From NCBI GenBank assembly GCA_024137785.1, contig JAHRHZ010000051.1, forward strand, positions 16,994,291 through 17,058,290: a DNA stretch of 64,000 nucleotides, given 5' to 3'. This document shows positions 35,901 through 49,489 of the stretch, one piece after another. Numbering within the stretch: position 1 is the stretch's first letter; each line of letters begins with the position of its first letter. A program made the position numbers and the translations under genes. The notes beneath the pieces are model-generated. The model saw nothing but the letters and a program-made list of their open reading frames with translations. It did no database searches and was not told the DNA's origin. Source of the DNA: Ginglymostoma cirratum. Lineage: Eukaryota.

Positions 35901-38900
35901 ATAAATGTACATGGAGCTACTTGTTCTGTTACTTGTTAAACCCTCCCTTACCTTCTACTCTACCAAAGCACAGAGTACGATATGACTTTCTTTCTTTGGT
36001 TAACTCTTCTCCCAGCAGACATAATGATCATGCACTGTTTAGTTGTTAACTGATTACGCCTTCCAATGAAGGCAATAATCTTGCTGAAACACCGAACTCA
36101 ATCGTTTATTTTATAATGACAGGGCAAGTGTGCTTCACATTTTCACTATGTTAAATAGCAATAATAAATAATATATAGATATTACCCATATTTTCATACA
36201 ACAGTTAACTTCATATTCCTCTGCGTATCAAGCACCCAACTTCCATCCACATGCCCTTTTACGAAGTAAGCAGTTTAGCTTAAACACATTTCACGATGGA
36301 TGTAGTTAAATCGAATCCGAACTGGTTCCGATTTCCTTGCTTTTCGCTGATTTTTTTAAAGCACCTCCTCAGGAAAATTCTAAGTAAAGACAATTTTAAC
36401 ATTCCCTCTCCAAGTTATTTCCAGCAGACGTTTACACTTATCAGAGCGGTAAACCTCAGTAGTGCTGAATTGCATTGACAATCAGGTGACTTTACTACCA
36501 GTATTTAGATTCTTTCAGTGGTTGTGTCTCGTTTCCTATCTGTGAGATATTAGGTTTGTGAGCGAGAATTTCTTTCGGCATTTACCTTTCTTTGATATCT
36601 GGAGGCTTTAAATAACAAGCGTGTAGAGTGTTGGTTTGCAACCATTGAGGTGGAAATCGTGTTTGTTATGTAGCTATTCAATTCATACGTAAACAGGGAC
36701 TTAAAAAGCAAACTATTTTGAACTAACGTCGCATTGCAAACCTCGTCACAACCGCTTCATTAAAGTTATTACCATAATAAATGTCTGACTATGAATTATG
36801 AATTGAGACAAGGTTGCATCGTTGTCTTTCATTGAAGGTGAGAAAGTGTGTAAGGGTAACTCTCAACCCAGGTAATCTGGGTGACTAGATCTAGGCGTCG
36901 TCTTCAGGTAATCTTCATTACCATTTTTGGTGGAGCTCCAGGACAAAGATGTCATCAGAATCTATTGTCTTTAATTAGAGGGCTGAGATATCAACCGATT
37001 CAGAACACCTCACTCCAAAAGGCCAAACATTTTGAAATTTAAATACAAAATGATTTCTATCGCTGGAGTCACAATCAGCTTTGGGTCGAAGAGATGAAGA
37101 TATTTTGCTTGTACCTGGATTTTTAAACTTGTCTATGCAATTATATTAAAAGCTCGCGGATCTAATGTATGTTTTTTTCTTGATGGCGTTCTGTTCTCCT
37201 AAGTCACTTGCAAAGAGTACGGCAGCATTTTTACCTTTAAAAGTGATGTTTTGTTTTTTTTTCCTAATTTGCTCACTTTCTACTGTGAAGCACTTATTCA
37301 TTACGAGCTGTTTGCATGAGCTGTGATTTCCCATTTTCAGTCGAACTGTTGAAGGGGGTGTTACCTCTCAAAATAACGCAGTGCATTAAAACTGATAACG
37401 AGTTTGCAAGATCATTGACTTAAAGCAATGAACCTGCAGCTTTTTTATGCTACATGTGTACAAATGTCGATTCTTTTAAAGAATAGATATTTGCCACATC
37501 TCCCTTCTTCAAATGAAAATTTGTTAATCTCATATAAACCGATGCTAGTTAATTTAGAAATCATTTAAATGCTCACTTCCGTGCTGGCAGACTAGTGGAA
37601 TATAAGAACATAGTAAATGAGTTTATCTGAGAATCATATATGAAATTCACTTCTAATCGATCGCCATAGCAAAATACAATGAATAATTAAAATATATGCT
37701 CCTGTCGAGTGGAAGCACTTCTTAACAGGAGAGCGGTGCATTCCTGTTTTTATTTCTGCTTTTGTAGAGCTGTTTCTGAGCAGCCTAAACCTGTGAAATG
37801 TATTCCAACTCCTCCCCTCCCAATTTGCACTTCTTTTAATTAAATGTAATTCTATACACATGTAGCCATAACAAGGTTCGCCTCGTTTTAAAATGCCAGC
37901 GATTTCTTTTGTGGCGAGGAAAATATTCACATCTGTTCATTTGGTTACAAGGTCTTGTTACCGTGGACTAGAATAAATATAGCTCTCTCCGTTAAAGTGT
38001 GCGAAGGATGGTGAAACGCCATTCCCCACAATACTATCTTCTCCTTATTGATCTTTTTCAAAATATTCGCCCAATCTGATTTTTTTTCCAAAATAGGGCA
38101 AAAAGAAAATAGCTTTCCAAACACCTGTTACAGTCTGCATTGATTATTAACGTGTAAGTACGTGATATTTGTGCATTCATATATTTTAACTTGGTGCACA
38201 GGTGAAGAGGACTTTTAAGATCCAGCTATCCTACAGCATTTTAGCGCCTGGTCTATACGCGTGCTTCAGATATTTTGACTTTTTTTCGTTCCGCGGGTGA
38301 AAGCATAAACAAGTTAGAGAATAGTTTTAAAGTACAGCAAATACTTCTGTTTGACTGTTACTGTCATTATGATTCTTGTATTGAACGATGGATTTCTTGT
38401 ATTGAACAATGGATTTCAATAAATCCTACCATGATAAATACCTGTATTAATAATCAGCGTCTAACAAGCACATTCTTCAATGCACGTCTTTTTGTGTTAG
38501 CTGAGAAAGAATATCCCTTTATTTCAAAACTTTAGGTCCGCCAAAAGTGTTCTAACTTTTTAAACATAATTATTGCAGCAAAGTTAGATTTGTGTCATAC
38601 ATAATTCCAGTTTATAAAATACACTGAAATGTTTGGAAAATTATATAGATAACATAACTCTTGAATTGGAGCCCGTAAGCAACATCACATTGTTACAGAC
38701 TACTTTCAATCTTTGAGAAAATCTAGGAACCATGGAACAATGGAATTAGGTTACAAATTTTGTACGGAGCAAATAGCACATAGGCTTCACAGAAATATAT
38801 TTGTATTGATACTCTATTGGTTATAAACTTCAAATGTTTAATACATACACCAAATATAGTTAAATCCATTGCTGCTTAAATCCAGTTGTAAAAGTTATTG

Positions 38901-39655
38901 ACTATTCAGTAGAATTTCCAATGAACCTGAAACAAGTTGTGTGTTTATGTATGAAAAGGGAGTTGCTAGACAAACTGCCACTCCTCAATATGAAAAAAAG
39001 TATTTAAATGTGAAAGAAGAAATGAACTTTAATCTTTCCTGAGAAAACGAGTTATTTTCCCAAGATTAGCTTTGTTCTAAGAAACTGTTAGACTAATACA
39101 ACAGTCACATAATCGCTATGTTAAACTGGACGCTAATCTTTCTTGTTTTTAATCTCATTGTGATTGACCCCAAGTTAGGAAAAGTTGTAATATGGTGATG
39201 ATTACAGTGGGCCGCTTTCTATGTATCTGGAGCACAGCGCCGATAGTAAACTGACAAGAAAATCAATTCAAATCGCAAAAGGGAAAAGGCAGAAAGGTTT
39301 GAGGCGTATTTATCGAGTTAACCTTTTCAGGGCTCATTCAAACAAATCAACTAAACCAAGAGTTTCGCCTGCAATAATGTAAATTGGATATCTAAACTTT
39401 TTCAACCTGAAACTTTATAGAGTTTGTATCAGTTGCGTCATGCAGGTAAACACAATGCAAGTACTGATAGAAAGTTTGGACTCATTGACTTATTTGCAAA
39501 TTGTTATTGTTTGTCCCAATTCACTGACTTTATCAATGACGTTCGTCTACATAATGAAATATTAGGCACCGCTGGAATAGACAGCAACTTTCAATGGCTA
39601 CTGGGACTTCTGTAATCATGCCAAAGGAGTACCGTTAATAGATAAGTTCACATAC

Positions 39656-39688
39656 CTGCCAGTCCCCCATTTTGCCCAGAATTGACAT
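39656..39688 (-). CDS. TFAP2A: TFAP2A distal alternative first exon, MSILGKMGDWQ
   Basis: ATG TCA ATT CTG GGC AAA ATG GGG GAC TGG CAG|gtatgt, phase 0. Near-identical to the mammalian N-terminus MSILAKMGDWQ. Confidence 0.95.
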
Positions 39689-40545
39689 ATCGCCTGGAGT
39701 TGTCCGTGGTGTCCTCAAAAGATCTGCGAGCTGTTGAGTAATTTCTCCTTTTACCTCTCCAGGATCATCTCACCTGGTCATAAAGTGCTGGGTGCCACCT
39801 GTCCGCGCCTGCGTACTCCTCAGGAATGTCAGTACCTAGCAGCTTCAAAAAAAAACGCCTATCTCAGCACTGATGGATTTACAGCAGCCATGTACCACGA
39901 AGCTCCATCGGCAACCAGACCTCATCCTGACAACCAACAACACGAACAAAGGCTACTCATGACAAAAAGGAGTCACACCTCGGTGAATTTGGGGGAGCTT
40001 CCTGGTCTTCCAGGCGCCTACAATAGACAGAGGCATCTGCAATGACTGGGGATGTTGTGGAAGGAGGAGGGGGTTCAGGTGATGGAAAGCACCAGCAGAA
40101 AAGCACAAACAGAGCGCTCGGCGGAATTTATGCAAAAAAACAAAACTGGCGAGGTTGCATTTCAGAGAGAAAAGGGGGAGAGGGAAATGATTCGACATGC
40201 ACCGAGTGGTTGGATAGCTTTTTTTGTTGTTTCTCTTTGCTTTGCTCATTTTTCGCTCATGTATTGTGTTACCTGTGTACAAACAAAAAAGGACCTGTTT
40301 GCGATGCAAAGGCCAAATGCGACCCGCTGGGTCCCCTCTACAATCGAACCAGTGTGCCTTTTGATTTTGCTCCACCAATTCCTAGCAATGCGGTGGCGTC
40401 GGCGTTTGTTTGACGTTGTTAACTTTAATCGAATTTTTATTGCGGATAATTCCTGCGATTGGATTCGCCCATGTCAAAATAAAAGTCGGCTAATTAAATT
40501 AATCAGCATCGATAAGTATACTGTGAGACGCAAGGTCAGAAATTA
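39689..40545 (-). promoter_or_regulatory. 5'UTR/promoter region of the distal MSILGKMGDWQ exon
   Basis: CpG-enriched stretch upstream of the exon, with ATTGG/CCAAT near 40458 and a homeodomain cluster CTAATTAAATTAATC near 40490-40505. The TSS cannot be determined. Confidence 0.5.
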
Positions 40546-43500
40546 GATACAGAGTTCCAGTGAGGACGTTCGGAGCAGATAACTGATGACTCCAACTCCG
40601 TGAAATGATATGTATGTAATACTTAAGCAGCATTTTATAACCACTGAGAAAATATTGCCTGGATATTTATCAATAAGGTTCCAAAGTATTTTAATCAATA
40701 TTGCATTATTTAGTAGTGTTCACTATTTTGTTAATTGTGGAATCGACAGGTGTTTTGTATCACTTTTCAACTGTTCTGCCTTAGTCTCCTGGTGTTTATA
40801 TATATTTTTAAAAAAATATTTAGATAATATAAGGTTAGTTAATAACCCCCTTGCTCGAAATGGTCACTTTTTGCCCAGGTCTCTCACATTTCGATTCTCT
40901 AGCTATTTAGTCGAAGCCATCCCCTTAATCACTTAATCCAATTAGGGCTAGTGGAAGCATTGGTGACTTCAGGCAATTAGAATTTTTGTTGTTATTTTCC
41001 AACGTTCGGAGGAAATTCCTTGGGATATCCTCATAATGTACCCGCACTTATTCTAAAGCCTGCTTGCTCTAAGCAGATTGCTTGTTGAAACATTGTAATT
41101 CTGCTCTCTCTGTTCAGTAGTCCCCTCCAGTATCAATTACATTTCATTGCACTGTAACAGACTGACACTTGTTGCACAAATGCAAAAGGTCGACTCAATA
41201 ATGTCCAGTGCACAATGTCTTTGTGTATATTTTCAGGGAATATTCTGTTGTGTACATGTTAGATATAATCTCCTCCGTGCTTAAACTAAACAGCCATTCA
41301 CTACTAAAGTATTGGTATTATTTGTACGGCTTCCTTAGCTGCATGTGATCAACCTGCTAGCGTATATGTGCTGGGCTAATTTCTTTATATGTTAATTATC
41401 TTTAAGTTGATATATTTATTTTAATCTTGCGCTTATAGTTTTAGATGTATACACTTCTCAGCATAGCCGTATCAGACTTCAAGTGCACAGGATCGTGCGC
41501 TCAGTGCAGCGAGAAATCCCTCCACGAGAATGTTTTGTGTTGGTCTAAGAATTCTTAATATTTGCATTTCACGATGATATCTCTCTTACTTGTTTTAGAT
41601 CGACTTGGCTCTGAGTACATGTCCGTTAAGCGAATGGCACTACCAAAGACATTCATGTTAGTGTACGTATTTGGATTTTTCGGACCGTTCCATTTTTGCC
41701 GTGTGTACCTGGAAGTCTTGTGAAATGTCAAAATGTGCCTGCTAGATGGTTAACCCTGGGAGCCACGGTTCTCTTGCAAACTACAGTTGTTGCAAAGGGC
41801 GAGCAAATCATTGTACCTGTGGAATAGATTTATCGTCTCTGTTATTCTCCTTATAACGTTTCGCACAACAGACCAGGTCACGATGAATTAGATTCTGGCC
41901 AGTCTAAATGGCATGTTAGAAATCCTCATGAGTGCGGATTGCCCCAATATTATCTGTGATCTGCAGTTACCACGTCCTCTGAATGTGTGTATAAGCCTTG
42001 TTATTTAGAGAAGCACTTTTCAGGCGCTCACCAGCAGTATTTCCCATTGTTTTATATATACAATGTAATTTAGAATTGAAATTCCATGGAAAATCACTAA
42101 TCTGATATGAATCGCATTTGTTTTCGGGCCGTGGGGGTAGGGGGAGAGTTTAAAGATGAGTTTCAAATTAAAATTCTGTTGTGATTTTCTTTTCTCACTT
42201 TTCATCTCAAAGAGCAGCCTGCATTCAAGTTACACTGAGAGGAGGTGCTTGACTTGAGTAATGAAGCATGAAATGTGTGAATCCCACCGGAGCTGCCTGC
42301 ACTTAGACAGATTATTGAGGCTGGTTCAAATTACCAGAATTAGCACAGCTCACAAATTAATTACAATGCTGGCATCAACTTATTCTGTTACCGTTTAGAG
42401 AGGAGAATAAGAACCAGGCAAGCGAATCGCTGTTTACATTTTACGACCAGAGTCTTCTCCAGGCCCTCGTTAGTCATTGAACAACCTGTTCAAAAGTTTG
42501 TAATTAAACTTTGAAACTTTCAGCATGCACTGACGGACTTTCTCAGCCAGCTGGTGTAGAACTGTGTGCTGTCCTAGCTCCCCATAGCAAATGTTTCACC
42601 AGTTGTTAATAGTTTACTCTCAATACTGCTGATCAACAGGGTATAATATCTGCAAATATGGCTCCTGTTCAAAACCATACTGCAGCATCACTGCACATTG
42701 TGATATATGTGCACTATTTATCTCTGCAAGGAACACACAGGGTCAGAAAGAGTGGAAGACAGCCAATGAAATATGAAAATAATGCACCAGTTTTCACCCA
42801 TATTCGTTTTTATTTTAAAATATTCCACCTGAAGTTGTTACAACTTTCAATGAAAGTCAGTGGGACCTAATAATTAGAGCATGTTCGTTCTCCGTAAACA
42901 ACCTGGAATCATCTACACGTGCAGGATGATATTTAAGTTTTGCAGATATGTTGTTGTGCTCACGTTTTACTTACCTGGCTAGATCTTGGGTCATGTTCTC
43001 GGAACAGTAAATGGACTTTCTTAAACTAAACTTCATTGCTCCGCTCTTCCAATGTTTGAGTTGAAACTTTCGTTGTCACAATCGTGTGAATACAAGTCCC
43101 GTTTAAGGGAAACGATCGAATTTAGTCACAAATAAAATATTTAAAACGTGCACTCTGCAATAATATGAATTATTTCTCTCCCCCATTCACAAGGGTGGCA
43201 CTGTTAAGTCAGAAACGTTAACTTAGGCTGTACAATATATACAATGATGATACAAGATTCATTTGGGTCAAAAATATAATTCAGGGAGAGCATCAAATTG
43301 ACAGCCGGATTCCGAACCTGATTGATGGAGCATTCTGCTCACAGCCGGCATTTGGAAGAAATGCGACCGATTAATGTGGGATTGCGCCTCAATGCAGTAT
43401 TTCACCGGGTTTGTTTCAGACATTGGCCGCGATATCTGGAAGAAACACAAGGTGATTTCCCCAGCTCGATGGCATCACATTGGAAGCCCCAATTCCGTTG

Positions 43501-44224
43501 TCCAATTTGTCTGCAAGGCAGCTTGTTCGTTTAACCAGCGACTTCTGCACCTCGAAAGTCATCGTTGAGGAACTGCTTCCACATTAAAGACAGTTATATG
43601 CCCGAGGACAAACTTTAAATGAGTGCATTCGCATCTAGATGCGAAACCGAGACCATGCGATTAAGAGTTCGATGCATCGATAACACAGTCAAACACCTTA
43701 ACTTAAAAAAACGTTTATTTTAAAACAGCCCGCAAGGGTACTTGTCAGGTGTTCGCTGTTGGACACAAATTTTAAAATGTTCTGAGGGGCTTTAAACGAA
43801 ACAAAAACGAAAATGAGTTGGGAAATCAACAAGTTTCCAAAGAGAGCGAGAGCGTTCTGACACTGGTCCTGTGCAGAACACGAACAGAGAGCAGGTGATT
43901 GACTTGGATACGTTACCGTCAAATTCTCACACATCAAATTCGCAATGACCACATTTCATTGCACCCCTCGTTAATGTAATTTAAGTGTTATCCTTTCCCT
44001 GTATGTGAAGTCAATTATTAAAATATAACTGCACCTTCAGCCACCTCAAAATATTGTTAACTGTTTACGTTCATTCGAGGGATTTGAACCAGGGAACACA
44101 CCTGCACTATGTGGGGTCACAACTCGCTGAACAAAAGTTTCCGAGTGTCAGGCGGAACACTTACTGCTTCCAGCGCACTTGTACTCTGAAAAGTGCAATG
44201 TATGCGAGATCTCCCTCATAGCTT

Positions 44225-44522
44225 TAATCATGGAGCTGTACAGCATGGAGACAGACCCTTTGGTCCAACATCGTCCGTGCCGACCAGATATCCTAAATTA
44301 ATCTAGTCCCATTTGCCCGCATTTGGCCCATATCCCTCTAAACCCTTCTTATTCATGTACCCATCCAGATGCCTTTTACATGTTGCAATTGTACCAGCCT
44401 CCACCACTTCCTCCAGCAGCTCCATACACACACCACCCTCTGCGTGAAAAAGTTGCCCCTTTAGGTCCCTGTTAAATCTTTCCCCTCTCACCTTAAAACC
44501 ATGCCCTCTAGTTTTGGACTAG
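44225..44522 (-). mobile_element. CR1-type LINE 3' end
   Basis: ORF 44303-44491 (RGERFNRDL.G..F, EVVEAGTIAT.KRHLDGYMN) and 3'UTR. Same family as 62990-63250. Confidence 0.85.
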
Positions 44523-47500
44523 TTTTGATCAAGAATTTTCACCGCCCTTTAATCCGCCGAGTTTGCCCCGTTTTAACGGGGTGCAGAGGTGCAGAATGGG
44601 CCGCCTTGAGAAGAACGGATGTGTACATTCTCACATCAGGTACCTTTCATATATTACTAGAGACAATTTAACGGGTGTTAATGTATCCGCATTGAACACA
44701 CTCCATAAAAAGGAAAACTCCTGGTGTGTAATTGGGTTTGAGTTACAGAACGCAGTAAATGTTTTGGAATGAAGCAGAGACATTCTGTAGGTGCAACTAT
44801 TCCTGCAGCAAGTGTTTCATTTTTCAAGCAGATTTTATGTGGTGAGAATCTGGTATCTGACCCTGTAGATAAGTATTAAAGTACAGACGCGTTGGTACAT
44901 TTGCACTTGAAACTTTTTATGTCCAGATCCTGTTCACACGAGTATTGAGCGCAGGCCAGTATAATTGTGCAAGGATGCACTTATTTGCTTGCGTCTATGC
45001 CCTTGTTTGAACATATGTATGGGGCAAGTGGGACTTGAATCTGGGTTTTCTGGCTTAGAGGTAAAGGCATTACACAGTGCCAGAAGAAGCTCTCTGCAAC
45101 ACCCTATGTACTTTTTCGATGTAATACTGTGTATATGTGAATAGCGTGAAAGTGCGCTAAGACTGGGCGAATGCTGACCAATAACTAGGGTACATCAAGT
45201 TTCCTTTTAAAGTATTCCGCGGAGGTGGTTGTGGTTAGGAATTTTGCAGGGGGCGGATGGAGTTTTCTGAACATTGTGAAGTCGATCCTCTCCACGTTGC
45301 TGCACGTTTGGCCAACGAAAGACACTTACTGCTGGTGTCAGATGTTAAATGGAGACAAGAGGCAACAATCCCAGGGGCTCACAGGAGAAAAAGGGCTCCT
45401 TAAAAGCACAGTAAGGCTTGGTGGACATTAAGATATTTTGAGCTTTGTTACAGTTTTGGTTGGCGCTGTCGAATTAAAGTTCCCAATGGTCAACTATTTC
45501 CGTTCGCTTATTCTCCCTCGATACACACACCAAGGTCTGCTGAATAGAGGAAACGACCAGTCTACCCAGGCACCTATGTCCCCTAGTGAGTGGGGGCTGA
45601 AGCTACTGAAAGACTGGAGACATAAACATCGCCTCAATGCATCGGGAACAAATGCATACTTTGGGGAAACACTTGTCTACAAAGACAGGATTGCTGCAAA
45701 ATCAAAATGCATTATTGGAGTACATTTGGACATTCATTGAGCAGGATAAAACCTGCAATACTGCAACTGGCAGGCTGGAACCAGCACCTGGAATCTGTCA
45801 AACGGATCTAATTCTTGTTATTCTCGTATTTCTTGTCGCCAAATTCCTTGTAATATATTCACACTCAGTTTCGTTTCATGTGGCAACGTTATGGCCCAGT
45901 ATCGAGTATGTTTGAGTCTCGAGAGCAACTAATCCCTAAACCAGGCAAAGCAAACATTCTGGGTACATCTAAAAATCCCTTAGCCCCCCCCTTATGGGCT
46001 ATGAGGTGCCATGAGGGAGTTCAATTTCGGTCTTGCACTTTAAAACGCAGATCTGTCGAGTTGGAAGCCCACGGTACACAGCGGAAAGCATGAACAGATT
46101 TTAGCTATATCCAGCAAGAGACAGGACGGTTGGTTATCTCCTAAGAATGGGCGTGTAAGAGTTAATTTTGCGTTTGCTTCGATACCCATATGCAATAAGT
46201 AGTTTACATGTTTAAAACGTGTATATTAACACAACAACTATTGTAATCATAATTGATAAAGCCAGCAGAAGCAGAATTGGAAATAGAAGTGAATAGAAGA
46301 GAATGAACAATGATGCAAAGAAAGCCTCAGAGATAAACATTAAATTGAGAAGGGCAGAGGGATCAAATAAATCAGCTAGATACACACGTGAGGGGATAGG
46401 AGGGAGGATGAGAAAGGGGGAGATGCAAAATCAGGGAACGGATAGTGTGAGACATTTGTCTATAAGGGACAGATTCATAAGTAAGGTTAGCATGGAGAGA
46501 AATCCTTAAAGATAATGCAGAAAAAATACCAAGAATTAGGGACAGGACACACATTGAACTAAGGCTTGAGCAGACCAAGAAAATTATGGTCTTAAAATCA
46601 CACTGTTAGATAGACATTAAATAAAGGATAGGACAGAAGACGTTCTATTCAAAATAAGAGATGTGGCTGAGCAAATGCATGTCAAAGAAGAATTAGCAAG
46701 GAGCAAATTACAAACATGTCGAGCATCCATTGTTGGTTTGGAGTAAATTCTGCATGCCACACATAAAAGCAGCAAAAGTTATGGACCATAGGTGAGCTTA
46801 GGCTACTGCTAGACTCTAATGAGCACCACTACTTCTGTTACTCAAACTTTGTTTGAACAACCTTCAATATCCATCCCATAGTAGCACCAGATGCCCCAGG
46901 AGATCGACAGATCCATGTGGGCCACATTTGTTTTTAAAAATGCCTAGCTGGAGAAGTTAAAACCCAGCATTGACTAGATGCGTCCCAGTCACAATTTGCT
47001 CCATTGCATATTTATAATTGATCTCTAACAGATATATAAGTTCCTTACCCTCTGTCCCCAGTCCCTCTCTCACATTATTCCCACTTTCTTTGCAAAAACT
47101 GTCATTCATCACGTTAGATAATAACTTAGTGTGGGATTGTGGTGTCACAAGCATGAGGGGATGATAGGTATCTGATTGGTATCAAAGGAGGAAAACTTAA
47201 CAGAAACATAATTTATGCATTCTGACCAATGACTGCATAGGTTACAGGGAGATAATTTTCAGAAAATGCAAAGAGATAAAGTAACTTGTATATATTAAAA
47301 GACTGTAATTCAATCAACGGGACTTGGTGATGTCATAAACCCTAAGGCTGTCGTTATACAGTAGCTACTGATCTCAGCAGCTACAGTATCAATTCACAGC
47401 CAGCAGCCCTTGATTTATAATGCCTGGCTATGAATGTAACTCTTACAGCCAGGAAAGAGCTCTGTTTTCACGCAGTAAATTTAAAGTATTAAGTACAGGT

Positions 47501-49489
47501 GGCAGGATCTGCTTTCTCCAAAAACATTTATGTAAACACAGCTTATAGATTACAAGTACTTACTAGGTCCAATGAATTCGACAAGCGCGTCTTAAACTTG
47601 TCTTGACACAGTTTTGGAGCAATACTCCATGCATCATTGAGCCCAGTTGGGAAGGGGCTGCTGCACTCTAGAGTTATTCTCTCAGTTATTCTCTTCACTG
47701 TGTCTCAGTGGTCCAAAAGTGGCAAAGTAACTACACACATAAAATGACATATGGATCACCAAGATTTGGGGTTCAACTAAAAACCTTAATCCTTTTTGCA
47801 TTCATACTGTTCAACTTGTTCATTTTCACTTATTTTTACATTATTTCAATCGGAGAAATCATAAAGAAGTCATGTAAAACATTGAGTGATAAGATGATGA
47901 TTTGACTTGATAGCCCAGCAGTCGATCTGATTTTTAGATGTACAGATCAGAAGACAATCTGAAATAATTTATTGATGGATCCAATAAGTGTTGTTTTCCT
48001 AAAGCTGTGATTTTCTAGTTATGTCTTGATCGTGATCTATCATGATAGTTAACCATTCGGCAAAAAGAATTGGGTGCAAACCAAGCCAAGTAATATGACA
48101 GAGAACCCTGGGCCAGATATTGAAACAGTTATTACTTTTAAAAGTCAGCCAGCCAACAATGTTCAAACTCAACATATATGATGAGTTTCATCAGTCTGAT
48201 ATTTAGATTCAACAAAATCCATCTGCTGCCGGGACAGTAGTTAGTTTCAACCAGTGACAGTCACATACATGCAGTGTGAAAGCAATCCAAAATGATGGGT
48301 AGTGAGGGGATGGGAGACAGCAGGCCTAGTTATGATATCACTAGCCTGGAATTTTTTATTCCAAATAGACCCATAAATGAAAATTTTTCAGTACTTTTGT
48401 GATACTCACTTCTTAACCAATATATAATAAAAATAAAACCTTTTGGGTGGATATTTAACCTCTGATCTGTCAGGAGATTTTCCACAGCTGCCTTTTTTTA
48501 TTATTCACTCATGGGATGTTAGCGTCACTGGCTGGGTCAGCATTTATTGCCCTTGAGAAGGTGGGGGTGAGCTGCTTTCTTGAACTTCTGCGGTTCACTT
48601 ACTATAGCTACATATACAATGCCAATTTTGGTTTTAACAGAAAAAGTGCAAATTTATTGCAGGCAACAATAATCCAATTATAAAAGAAACAAAGGAATAT
48701 AAAATAAACAATCATTCATCATCGAATCATTAGCATGATATATAACCATGACAAAAATTATCCAGTGTACTTCTTGCTCTTCTTTTTCTCTATATAAGAA
48801 AATAACATATACCAAAGGTTTAGTAATTAAACCAGTGCCTTTTTTTATATAGTATTTCTAGTATGTTGAACTGTCGATCAGTTATAACGTAAGTCTTTTG
48901 AATCCTCTGTATTTCTGGAACACAAAAATTTGAAATGGCCAGAAGTGATTGACTGAAAAAAAGGTCCCTTAATATGCTTACTTCAATTCCCATTGATTGT
49001 ATTACGGTACTGTATTACTGTGCATCTGGCAACCCTGATTAATCAAAGCTGAAAATGTTTCCTGTTAGCTGTGACCTCTGTAAATTCAACAGTCCTTTTG
49101 CAACTCAGACAATTAATGGAGAAACTTTCTGTTCCTTGAATGTTGTAACAACCTAACCAGATGTTTATCTGGAAAAATGCATAATTTCAACATTATAAAT
49201 TTGAATATTTCAGGAGACAAAAAATGTCCATTGAGAGGACTCTTTGAACTAATTTTCGATCATCCTTTCTAATATCGCCTTCTTGACTCAATGCCCATTT
49301 ATTTATTTGACAATCTCTATGTGAAACACTTTGATATCTTTGTTAAGAAAGAATGTGCATTTATATCACATCTTTCATCATACCAAGGGCATTCCAAATT
49401 GTTACACAAACAACAATGTACTCATTGCAGTGGAGGTATTGTTCTAAACAAGTGTGGCTGCCAATTTGCTCATAGCAATGTAATCAAAA

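Noticed and set aside
38373-38417. 21-bp tandem duplication (TTCTTGTATTGAACRATGGAT)x2
   Set aside because: Ordinary slippage duplication in intronic sequence with no further structure.
39734-40546. Several 100-164 aa ORFs upstream of the distal first exon
   Set aside because: No homology apparent; the region reads as 5'UTR/promoter with A-tracts.
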